48,888 nt of DNA, taken from an uncultured Candidatus Saccharibacteria bacterium. GTDB lineage: Bacteria > Patescibacteriota > Minisyncoccia > Phycocordibacterales > SBAW01. Of this stretch, positions 18,860 to 26,924 are shown in pieces. Below the pieces are notes generated by a model. The model searched no databases. It saw only the letters and a list, made by a program, of their open reading frames with translations, and was not told the origin of the DNA. The stretch spans positions 705,202-754,089 of the forward strand of contig CAZYUH010000001.1 in NCBI GenBank assembly GCA_964650645.1. The letters are read 5' to 3'. Numbering within the stretch: position 1 is the first letter of the stretch; the number at the start of each line of letters is the position of its first letter. A program made the translations under genes and the position numbers.

Positions 18860-19783
18860 CTACCTGAACGTCGCCGTTCCGCTGTCGAACTTGAGGTCAA
18901 GGACAAGCTCCCCGCGCGGCGTGAAGTGGTACCCCGCAGCCCCTTCGAGTATCCGGGCGAACTCGCCCTCCCGCGAGCCTTCGCAGAACATCAGGGTCGC
19001 GGCTATCGGGCCGAACGAAAGCGAGCCTTCGTGCGCGGCATACTTCCCGCTCACGCTGTTGCAGTCCGTCTTCGCGGAGAAAGCGCCGTCGCCGGCGAAC
19101 GTGAGCACGAAATCGCCAGGCTTGTCCGGTGCCACCTTCCTCCCGTCGTTATACAGCGCCGAGACCCATATCCACTCCTTCATGGAAAGCGACATGGCGG
19201 AGGGGTCGGCCTCCCCCTCGAAGCCCTGCTCGACGGTGCCGAACCGCATCGTCTGCGGGTCGAGCTTGAGCCACGCGCTCTTGCCGACCGACGGCCGCAC
19301 GGTCATCGGCTCGCCGGGAGCGCGGTCCGCGTAATTCACCACGATGACGTTCTCGTGGCCCGGGTCGCGGCTGAGCTTAACCGTTTGCGGAGCGATGCGG
19401 TCGCCGAGAAGATACCCTTCTGAGCCGACATACCCGTCTTCCGTATTGAGCGCCGCAACAGCATAGAAGAACGTGCCGCTGCCGCCGGTTTCCTGCGTGA
19501 GGATGAACACGGCGTCCTCGCGGCCATCGTCATTGAGATCGGCCCTGAGCTCATTGCCGAAATAGCGGGTAGTGATCTTCGACGCGGAGCCGGGAGCCGC
19601 TTCCTCTTGCGCGAAGCCGTTATCCAGCTTCACCTTCTTCCCGCCGACGCCGTACTCGATGCTCTTGTACCCCGCCGCGGCGGCATCCGGCCCGCCACCG
19701 CGCTCGTAAGATGCGAGCGCGAAGGCGCCTCCGGCGATTACGGCGAGGGCGCAGAGCCCGAGCGCACTCCGTTTCATATCCAT
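18860..19783 (-). CDS. META-domain (HslJ-like) exported protein
   Basis: C-terminal META motif (FSAKTDCNSVSGKY...FGPIAATLMFC); N-terminal TM; GSGTFFY motif; TGG-TATACT 7 nt upstream. Confidence 0.85.
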   Translation of the reverse strand: MDMKRSALGLCALAVIAGGAFALASYERGGGPDAAAAGYKSIEYGVGGKKVKLDNGFAQEEAAPGSASKITTRYFGNELRADLNDDGREDAVFILTQETGGSGTFFYAVAALNTEDGYVGSEGYLLGDRIAPQTVKLSRDPGHENVIVVNYADRAPGEPMTVRPSVGKSAWLKLDPQTMRFGTVEQGFEGEADPSAMSLSMKEWIWVSALYNDGRKVAPDKPGDFVLTFAGDGAFSAKTDCNSVSGKYAAHEGSLSFGPIAATLMFCEGSREGEFARILEGAAGYHFTPRGELVLDLKFDSGTATFR

Positions 19784-19883
19784 ACGGATAAGTATACCAA
19801 TCGGCGGGATAGGTACGAGAGTTCGCTCGCGGGACATTAGCCGGTTCTCATTATTGAATCAGCAACCAGGAAGAATTTGAATG

Positions 19884-19915
19884 AAAAAAACAGGCCGGCA
19901 CTAAGCCGGCCTGTT
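19884..19915 (-). terminator. Intrinsic terminator of the phosphagen kinase gene
   Basis: Minus strand AACAGGCCGGC-TTAGT-GCCGGCCTG followed by 7 T. Confidence 0.75.
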
Positions 19916-19931
19916 AGTCTTCCTTTTGCGC

Positions 19932-21080
19932 TTAGTGCGCTTTCTCAAGCTCGATGAGCTTTTCCAGGCCTTCGAACAACCGCTTGGTCACTTCGGCTTC
20001 CGTTACGCCGAATCTTGCCAGTGGCGATATATCAGCCGTGCCCGCAGCGTCCATTTGCGAATGCTCCCCTGACAGGCCGCGAGCCTGGAGGCCGAAGCCT
20101 TTAGCCGCAGCCTTCAATCCGCTCTCGTCAGTTCCCTGCTTTGAGAGGCTCGGAAACTGGAGGAGCACCGATTGCCTCTTGCCAGTGCCCATATTGGTCG
20201 GGCAGGTCGTGATGAACCCATACTTCGGATCCGTGGCGAACTCAACGCCCGCCTCCGCCATTGCGGAAAGGAGCGCTGAAAGCGACCGGTCGACAACGCC
20301 AAGATCGCTTCCATGGACGATGCTGATTATCCTGAGATGGTCTTCTTCCCCCACCCACACCATCATCTTCTTGTCCGAGCTCAGCCATATCCCCCTTCCG
20401 TGCGGCCAATCGGAAGCGATGCCGCTGCTTGTCAGGTGGTTATCGCTTGTCATATCGTTGAAGAGGTAGTGGTCCCGCCTCATCTCATCAGCTTGGGCTG
20501 CCGGAATTTCGCACGGGTGTCCGGGAGTCAGGCTATAGTATTTCCCAGCGAAAGGAAGCTTGTTGAAAACCGATCCGACCATGAACTCCTCGAACTTCAC
20601 CCGCTCCGATTTGTCCATTGAGCTCGGGAGGTTCCAGCCCGAGACGTTCCTCGCAACGCGGGCCCGCATTGAGACATCGGACAGACTCGGATCAACCAGC
20701 CGGAGGTCGTATACGCCTACCGGGATATTCCAGTCGTGGGCCTGTGCAACATCTCCCGCGATGTTGTGGTATTCGCGGATGATCGGCTCCAAATACCTTC
20801 CCAGCTCGGAGTAATCTGAAGGGCGGGTTGCGTAGACGCCGACACTGGCATCTTCATTTGAAAGACCGCCGACCATTACGTCGAGCAGCCGCTGCTGCTG
20901 GTCCGGAGACAGGTTTTCCGCCCATTCCCTTACCCGGGGAGTGAAGTGCTTGTTCCCGAGCGAAACTTTTACGCCCCTGAGAGCGCGGAAGCGGTCGGAG
21001 ACTTTTCCCCAATCAACATTCCCTTCCTTTACATACGGAGCGCGGGCCTCATCCTTGAAGATGACTTGGTTGTTGTGCAT
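19932..21080 (-). CDS. ATP:guanido phosphotransferase (two-domain phosphagen kinase)
   Basis: N-domain GLSNEDASVGVYA...PIIREYH; RARVARN; DHYLF; WPHGRG; WVGEEDHLRIIS; TCPTNMGTG.R; RGLSGEH; DISPLARFGVTEAE. SD-like AAAGGGA upstream. Confidence 0.93.
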   Translation of the reverse strand: MHNNQVIFKDEARAPYVKEGNVDWGKVSDRFRALRGVKVSLGNKHFTPRVREWAENLSPDQQQRLLDVMVGGLSNEDASVGVYATRPSDYSELGRYLEPIIREYHNIAGDVAQAHDWNIPVGVYDLRLVDPSLSDVSMRARVARNVSGWNLPSSMDKSERVKFEEFMVGSVFNKLPFAGKYYSLTPGHPCEIPAAQADEMRRDHYLFNDMTSDNHLTSSGIASDWPHGRGIWLSSDKKMMVWVGEEDHLRIISIVHGSDLGVVDRSLSALLSAMAEAGVEFATDPKYGFITTCPTNMGTGKRQSVLLQFPSLSKQGTDESGLKAAAKGFGLQARGLSGEHSQMDAAGTADISPLARFGVTEAEVTKRLFEGLEKLIELEKAH

Positions 21081-21257
21081 TTTGATCCCTTTATCAATAG
21101 GCTAAGGATCGTTTGTACGGATCCGAAGTAAAAATACTACATTTGCTTGAAAAGTCTATTTCATGCCTTATTGCAGCCCCGCCAGGACGCCGCAGACCGG
21201 TAAAGGCGGCGCACAAGCACGAGCTGCTTGGATGAGTGGGCGACATTGAAACACATC

Positions 21258-21584
21258 TTATTTCTTAGCTTTCTTTTTCTTCGCCGGCAAAGACTTGGCA
21301 ATATCAAGCAAGATGTTTGGCAGGCTCTCCATCCTGGACAGCTGGCCTTCTTCCACCAAGTAATGGGGTTTTGCGCCGGGATACGGCTCGTCTTTTTCGC
21401 ATACGGATTCAAGATCCCGGCTTGCAGGCAAAACTTTTACGTACAACTGGTCGTCGCAAATAAGGGCCACTGCTTTGCCGTCTGCGTACAGCGCATACTC
21501 ACCGAATATTGCGAGAACAGAAAAATTCTTGGGATGCCGGAGCTTTTCCAAGATAAATTCGACTGCTTCTTTCCGGGTAGACAG
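21258..21584 (-). CDS. TfoX/Sxy N-terminal domain protein (start uncertain)
   Basis: FGEYALYADGKAVALICDDQLYVK and PYPGAKPHY. Family-like start (L)STRKE begins at CTG 21584; the track uses TTG 21608. Confidence 0.75.
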   Translation of the reverse strand: MSTRKEAVEFILEKLRHPKNFSVLAIFGEYALYADGKAVALICDDQLYVKVLPASRDLESVCEKDEPYPGAKPHYLVEEGQLSRMESLPNILLDIAKSLPAKKKKAKK

Positions 21585-21626
21585 AGACGATTCAAGAAAT
21601 TTCAGCAAATGACGCTAGGCCGCAAT

Positions 21627-21773
21627 GACGATATTGCAGTCAAGGAAATAGATATACGAAATTACGCTAAGTATTTATTACGAGAAGGAACAGATCTAGA
21701 AAAGCGAGAATTGCTTGGATGTTTGAAAGGTAATATTTTGTTATCTGAAAAAAAGATTCTATTAACAAAATAA
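21627..21773 (+). pseudogene. Probable 3' remnant of a large serine recombinase
   Basis: DDIAVKEIDIRNYAKYLLREGTDLEKRELLGCLKGNILLSEKKILLTK resembles, from recall, C-termini of Patescibacteria recombinase-family proteins. No own start; GC drops here; terminator follows. Confidence 0.5.
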
Positions 21774-21800
21774 AAACCACTCGACTGAGTGGTTTTTATT
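21769..21800. terminator. Bidirectional intrinsic terminator
   Basis: AATAAAAACCACTC-GACT-GAGTGGTTTTTATT, perfect 14-bp stem. Confidence 0.8.
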
Positions 21801-21836
21801 TCATATTCCTATGTTACTTATATCGCGAACTTAATG

Positions 21837-23363
21837 TTAGTAACTCATAAACTCCGTCACTTCACCATCATTACCGATTGCATAGATGATCCATTTCTCT
21901 GTCTTTGGTCCTGGCATTCCTGGAGAACCTGAAGGCATTCCAGGCAAGGCGATACCTTTGATGGCTGGTTTTTCTGCGAGCAACTTTTCTATTACCTCCA
22001 GTGGTATGTGCCCCTCAACTACATAGCCTCCAACTATAGAAGTGTGGCAGCTCTGTAGATTAGTTGGAACGCCGTACTGATCTTTGATAGCAGTAAGGTC
22101 TTCAACGTCTATAGCCTTTACTTTTACATCTTCACGTTCAAGGTACTCCACATAAACGTGACAGCAACCACACGTTTTTGTTTTATATACCGTCATCTCC
22201 TCACCCATAAGGGCAGTCTTCTCTTCGGAAACGCTTTGACCTTTCCAGATGCTTATACCATTCGGCTTACTGCCTACCGATATTTGAGTTATTTCCTTAC
22301 CTGTTTTTGTATCGACTACAGAGACAGTATTTCCTTCGAGGTTTGTGACATATGCCTTGCTATTATCGTCATTAATAACGACTCCGTGAGGGGCTTTCCC
22401 AACAGCAATGCTTTCAGTTATTTCTTTCGTTTTAAGATCCAGTTTGTACAGCTTGTTGTTTGCAGGTCGGTTCTGTAGAACCCCTTGATCTGCAATATAG
22501 ACGTAACGAGAATCTGAAGTCGGATAGAGTTGCACTGGTCCCTCTGAACCCTCTGGCAATGCTACATACGATACTGATTCGAGAGCAGTATCGTACAGAG
22601 CAACGCTGCGAGTCTCATACACAGACGCAGCTACATATTTACCATCAGGAGTAACCGCTGTCTGGACAACCGAACCGTTGAGAATTTTTACTTCTGTCGT
22701 TCCACTTGCGAGATCGACGACACCAAGACCCTTCCCGTCCATAAAGGCAACATAGGCAGTTTTTCCATCAGGAGAGAGTCGCATACCATGGGGACCGCTT
22801 CCTTCGGGTAGACTAATCTCTGTTTGTAGGAAATTGCTCGTATCTACTTTGTAGAGCTTATTTGTCTCCTGCGCCGCGATAAGTGCTATAGATCCGTCTG
22901 GGGTAAACACGACATGCGCCAGATGCTGACCACTTCCAAGCGGTATTCGTTTGACTATGGCGTCCTCTTGAGGGTCAATGACGATAACCTGATCCCCAGT
23001 GTCCATCTTCATTTCCTCATGTCCCTCATCGGCATATGCGGTAGGAATGAAAAGTGAAGTATGTACGTCATGCTCCTCCATTCCAGCATTAGCTGTTACC
23101 CAAACACTTTTTCCGTCGGGGGACGCCTGGACATTGTGCGGAAGATATTTCGTCTCAGTTTCTTGCTCAGTAAGATCAATGACTTTGATTGATTTGTTTG
23201 TGGCAGGGTCAATCACATTCACAGTGCCTTCTTCTTCGACTGCCACATAGATTTTCTCTGTAAGTGCATTTCCTGTTGAGGAAATGGGGTTATTCTTTGC
23301 AAGCAACGTAATGCCTACAAGTGCAAGGATTACAATCCCGCCTAATAGATATGCTTTCTTCAT
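21837..23363 (-). CDS. YVTN/YncE beta-propeller fused to a C-terminal DUF411 (CopG-like) domain
   Basis: Blades PHNVQASPDG, AHVVFTPDG, PHGMRLSPDG, APHGVVIN; C-terminal TCGCC, SCHTSIVGGYVVEGH, GIALPGMPSGSPGM. Confidence 0.85.
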   Translation of the reverse strand: MKKAYLLGGIVILALVGITLLAKNNPISSTGNALTEKIYVAVEEEGTVNVIDPATNKSIKVIDLTEQETETKYLPHNVQASPDGKSVWVTANAGMEEHDVHTSLFIPTAYADEGHEEMKMDTGDQVIVIDPQEDAIVKRIPLGSGQHLAHVVFTPDGSIALIAAQETNKLYKVDTSNFLQTEISLPEGSGPHGMRLSPDGKTAYVAFMDGKGLGVVDLASGTTEVKILNGSVVQTAVTPDGKYVAASVYETRSVALYDTALESVSYVALPEGSEGPVQLYPTSDSRYVYIADQGVLQNRPANNKLYKLDLKTKEITESIAVGKAPHGVVINDDNSKAYVTNLEGNTVSVVDTKTGKEITQISVGSKPNGISIWKGQSVSEEKTALMGEEMTVYKTKTCGCCHVYVEYLEREDVKVKAIDVEDLTAIKDQYGVPTNLQSCHTSIVGGYVVEGHIPLEVIEKLLAEKPAIKGIALPGMPSGSPGMPGPKTEKWIIYAIGNDGEVTEFMSY

Positions 23364-23367
23364 AGGC

Positions 23368-23763
23368 TTAATTGTTGAACCACGTTTGTCGCCATTCTCT
23401 CATCATTTCAATTTCACTTGTCTGTGCGTTAATAATGTCATTTCCAAGTTTTACGAGTTCAGGGCGCTTAGTCTTTTGAAGAAGCATCTCTGCCATATCT
23501 ACAGCTCCTTCGTGGTGAACAATCATCTCGTCAATAAATGCCTTCTCAAATTCTTCTCCTGATTTACCTTCTAAACCTGCTGTCATATTAGTCATTGTGT
23601 TTCCCATTTCGTGTGAGTTACCCATCATATGACTGCTTGTGTCGGTTATACCTGACATCATTGGGTAATCCATTTTTCCTGTTCCTAAGAAATATCCAAG
23701 AACAAGTCCCAGAATGAGGGTAATGATGCCGATAATAAGTAGATGTATATTTTTTGTTTCCAT
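23368..23763 (-). CDS. DUF305 ferritin-like (CopM-like) protein
   Basis: Met/His-rich linker; FIDEMIVHHEGAVDMA...IINAQTSEIEMM. Confidence 0.88.
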   Translation of the reverse strand: METKNIHLLIIGIITLILGLVLGYFLGTGKMDYPMMSGITDTSSHMMGNSHEMGNTMTNMTAGLEGKSGEEFEKAFIDEMIVHHEGAVDMAEMLLQKTKRPELVKLGNDIINAQTSEIEMMREWRQTWFNN

Positions 23764-23803
23764 AATTTTGTTTAATAGTTGCTAATAAAAGAAGTAGGAA
23801 AAA

Positions 23804-24211
23804 TTACGGGGCTTTGGGATGCAAAATACCTTGAGAGAATAGCTCTGTATATAAATCGGGAATATGGAACGTGAACCTGCGAGGTAATTCTTGAGAGTTG
23901 GATATTTTGGGCGGATCCAGTATGTCCTTTTTTATATACGTGTGGAGGGCAAGTCCAAGAGCTATAAGTAAAAGCAAGTAGGAAGCGATGAGTGTTAGAG
24001 GAACACTGAACATGCTTTGCCATACAGAAAGGTACTCAAACGGGTTCATTGCACAAATGACATGCTCTCCAAGCGTTATGGTGCATCCAGCTTGGTGTTC
24101 ACCGTGCGACATTTGAACCGCCGACAAAATGCCAAACCCACCTACCCATACAAATGCCACTAAGAGTATGCCGAGGAGGAGATATTTTGCTTTGTTAGTA
24201 AAAAATGACAT
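23804..24211 (-). CDS. Hypothetical membrane protein in the copper operon
   Basis: Two TM segments, MSHGEHQAGC...HVIC motif, C-terminal ELFSQGILHPK; 2-nt gap to copB. Confidence 0.7.
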   Translation of the reverse strand: MSFFTNKAKYLLLGILLVAFVWVGGFGILSAVQMSHGEHQAGCTITLGEHVICAMNPFEYLSVWQSMFSVPLTLIASYLLLLIALGLALHTYIKKDILDPPKISNSQELPRRFTFHIPDLYTELFSQGILHPKAP

Positions 24212-24213
24212 AC

Positions 24214-26259
24214 TTACATTCTATAATTTTTCAGGAGGGTTGCGTTAATCGCCACGACCACCGTACTTACTGACATCAGTACGGCTCCTACGGCAGGAGA
24301 TAAAACAATTCCGACACCAGCGAGTACTCCCGCTGCCAGTGGCAGGGCAAGAATGTTATAACCGCTTGCCCACCAGAGATTTTGGATCATCTTTCGATAG
24401 GTAGCTTTGGCAAGAGAAAGAATTACAACCACATCTCTTGGGTCGCTTTTTACCAAGACCACATCAGCGCTTTCTATAGCCACATCGGTTCCAGCGCCGA
24501 TAGCGATGCCAACATTGGCCTGTGCAAGAGCTGGTGCGTCATTGACCCCGTCTCCGACCATCGCCACCTTATACCCTTGAGCTTGGATTTCTTTTATTTT
24601 CTCTGTCTTCTCGTGTGGCAATACCTCTGCGTAATAGGTTTTGATACCGAGCTCCTTTGAAACACGTTCTGCAACACGCTTTGCGTCCCCGGTAAGCATA
24701 ATGGGTTCAATTCCCATTGCTTGAAGTTTTTGGACCACCTCCTTTGCTTCATCGCGAACCAAATCATCAAGAGCAATAGCACCTATAGGTAATTCGTTAA
24801 CCAAAACGAACACGACAGTCCGTCCCTCATCAATCAAACGTTCAACATTTTTGTTGTTTACCGTTATGCTCTTTCCATTCAAATACCCTGGACTTACGAC
24901 TTTGATTTGTTTTCCTTCTACAGTGCCCATTGCACCTTTACCTGGTATTGAGGAGAAGTTATTTACAGCAAGCTTTTTGCTTACCCGTTCTGCTATAGCT
25001 TTGGCTATCGGATGTTCGGAGTGTGCCTCTATTGCGGCAGCATAGGCAAGGATTCGATCCTCCTGTTCATTTCCCAAGGGCACAACTTCGGTTATACCGA
25101 ACTTTCCTTTAGTAAGAGTGCCTGTCTTATCAAAGACAACAGCTGTTATATTCCGTGCTTCTTCAAAAGCGGTTCTGTTGCGTATAAGCAAGCCTTTGCG
25201 AGCAGAAAGAGCTGTTGAAACCGAAACCACAAGCGGTATAGCAAGACCGAGTGCGTGAGGACAAGCTATGACAATAACAGCAATGGTTCGCTGAAGGGCA
25301 TACGCGAGATTTTCTGACGTAAAAAATGTCCAACCAAAGAATGTAAGTATCCCTGCGCCTATCGCAACAAACGTTAGCCACATCGCTGCACGATCAGCGA
25401 GTTTCTGGGTCTTTGACTTTTCTGCCTGTGCTGATGACACAAGCTCTATAATTTGCGAAAGATATGTGTCTTTTCCTACTTTCTGTATCTCTACTACGAT
25501 TGAGCCATCACTGTTTACAGAGCCTCCAATAACGGATTGTCCAGCAAACTTTTCTATGAGCTTGGTTTCTCCTGTAAGCATTGCTTCATTTACAGAAGTT
25601 CTTCCTTCAACAACAATGCCGTCAACTGGAATCTTCTCACCAGGCTTTACAAGAACTCTATCTCCGAGGGACAGATCGGCAACCTGAACATCTTCTGTCT
25701 CTCCGTCTTTTCCTAGCCGATGTGCTGTTGAAGGCATTAGCTTTGCTAGCTCTTCCAAAGCCCGAGATGCACCCATGACCGACCGCATTTCGATCCAGTG
25801 CCCAAGAAGCATAATGTCCACGAGCGTTACCAGCTCCCACAAAAGCTCCTCGCCGGGCAGGCCCGCAAACACAGCAATGCTATATCCATAAGCGGCAGAA
25901 ATAGCCAAGGCGACGAGCGTCATCATCCCCGGCTGTCTTGCTTTTACTTCATCATATAAACCTTTGAGAAAAGGATAGCCCCCATAAAAGAAAATGATTG
26001 AGGCGAGAATAAACCGAACATATACATCTCCTGAAAAGCCGATACCCTCTATACCAAAAAACATCTGGACCATCGGCGAGAGAACAAGTACAGGAATGGA
26101 GAGAATTAGAGAAATCCAAAACTTCTTTCTGAAATCCTCAACCATATGGGCGTGATGACCTTGATGGTTGTCGTGTGAATGTTTCTCTTGGTGGCTACTG
26201 TCCGTATCAGAGCAAGAGTGATCAGCAGGAGAATGTTTGTGATGAGAAGTATCGTGCAT
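24214..26259 (-). CDS. copB: Copper-translocating P1B-type ATPase, His-rich N-terminus (CopB-like)
   Basis: His-rich N-tail, CPH, DKTGTLT, TGE-type actuator motif (MLTGE), GDGVNDAPAL, YNILA, MSVSTVVVAINA. Confidence 0.92.
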   Translation of the reverse strand: MHDTSHHKHSPADHSCSDTDSSHQEKHSHDNHQGHHAHMVEDFRKKFWISLILSIPVLVLSPMVQMFFGIEGIGFSGDVYVRFILASIIFFYGGYPFLKGLYDEVKARQPGMMTLVALAISAAYGYSIAVFAGLPGEELLWELVTLVDIMLLGHWIEMRSVMGASRALEELAKLMPSTAHRLGKDGETEDVQVADLSLGDRVLVKPGEKIPVDGIVVEGRTSVNEAMLTGETKLIEKFAGQSVIGGSVNSDGSIVVEIQKVGKDTYLSQIIELVSSAQAEKSKTQKLADRAAMWLTFVAIGAGILTFFGWTFFTSENLAYALQRTIAVIVIACPHALGLAIPLVVSVSTALSARKGLLIRNRTAFEEARNITAVVFDKTGTLTKGKFGITEVVPLGNEQEDRILAYAAAIEAHSEHPIAKAIAERVSKKLAVNNFSSIPGKGAMGTVEGKQIKVVSPGYLNGKSITVNNKNVERLIDEGRTVVFVLVNELPIGAIALDDLVRDEAKEVVQKLQAMGIEPIMLTGDAKRVAERVSKELGIKTYYAEVLPHEKTEKIKEIQAQGYKVAMVGDGVNDAPALAQANVGIAIGAGTDVAIESADVVLVKSDPRDVVVILSLAKATYRKMIQNLWWASGYNILALPLAAGVLAGVGIVLSPAVGAVLMSVSTVVVAINATLLKNYRM

Positions 26260-26263
26260 ATAG

Positions 26264-26533
26264 TTATTTGCTTTGGGCTAACTTATATACCTTAAGAATT
26301 TCATTGATTGCTTTCCCTTCTTCTTTGCCTCGCATTTGATGCACAACATGCGTAGATAAGTGATGTTCCAGCATCACATTTTCTACGCTTCCCAATGCCT
26401 TTTTGATGGCATTGGATTGAGTGATGATATCTACACAATATTTCTCGCTTTCCACCATTTGCTGTAAACCACGCACCTGACCCTCGATGCGGCGCAGACG
26501 ATTTTGCAACTGCTTTTTTATGTCTTGCTTCAT
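26264..26533 (-). CDS. csoR: CsoR/RcnR family metal-sensing repressor
   Basis: RLRRIEGQVRGLQQMV, YCVDIITQ, MLEHHLSTHV; a CsoR-type operator sits directly upstream. Confidence 0.88.
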   Translation of the reverse strand: MKQDIKKQLQNRLRRIEGQVRGLQQMVESEKYCVDIITQSNAIKKALGSVENVMLEHHLSTHVVHQMRGKEEGKAINEILKVYKLAQSK

Positions 26534-26539
26534 ATCTTA

Positions 26540-26567
26540 AGTATACCCCTGTGGGGTATACGGTCAA
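26540..26567 (-). promoter_or_regulatory. Sigma70-type promoter overlapped by a CsoR-type operator
   Basis: Perfect palindrome GTATACCCC-TGT-GGGGTATAC (26541-26561); minus strand TTGACC-N16-TATACT-N6-ATG. Confidence 0.85.
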
Positions 26568-26728
26568 GCTCAGTTTCGTTAGTTGATACTGTACCTTATT
26601 CATTCTCCTCCACAGGAACGTGTAAAAGCAAAAAGCGCCCAAACCAGGCACTTTTTACCTATAAAAACCTTCCTTAGTTAATATAAGGCTATCGACGCGT
26701 CTCGTGCGCGATAACCTATCACGAGTTG

Positions 26729-26743
26729 GCTGGGAGACATGGA
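26729..26743. repeat. att core, distal copy of the tRNA-Gln 3' end
   Basis: Identical to 31418-31432; on the minus strand it continues ...TCTCCCAG-CCA. Confidence 0.85.
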
Positions 26744-26880
26744 ACCTCACTGCTCGCTTCGCTGCGCTTACGAAACCCTCGGTTTCGTAGACTTCCGACA
26801 CGGGGAACTCCCATTCCCCGACCCCCTCCCGGTTCAAATCCATGCCGCGGGCAACCCCGTTGCCCGCTTCTCCCAGCTTC
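26744..26880 (-). other. tRNA-linked palindromic module with a split antisense copy of the tRNA-Gln 3' end
   Basis: GCTGGGAGA-A-[GCGGGCAAC GGG GTTGCCCGC]-GG-CATGGATTTGAACC, followed by further hairpins (GGGGAA/TTCCCC, TACGAAACC/GGTTTCGTA). Confidence 0.7.
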
Positions 26881-26924
26881 AGCGCTTCGTATTCTAGCTG
26901 GGTGTATGGGACGATGTTGGAACC

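Noticed and set aside
15362-19783. Integron-like cassette array (many small co-oriented genes)
   Set aside because: Most intergenic gaps are only about 20-30 nt, no attC-like repeats were seen, and there is no integron integrase. Many genes instead have their own leaderless promoter.
19932-21080. McsB protein-arginine kinase
   Set aside because: It has the N-terminal specificity domain absent from McsB, and there is no ctsR/mcsA/clpC context.
21228-21773. 181-aa ORF as a single gene
   Set aside because: Its first two thirds are antisense to the TfoX-like gene; only the last ~48 codons look protein-like.
26301-26651. 116-aa ORF overlapping csoR, plus ORFs 26655-26843 and 26726-27031
   Set aside because: They overlap the operator, csoR or the palindromic module and have no motifs; long frames are expected in GC-rich hairpin DNA.
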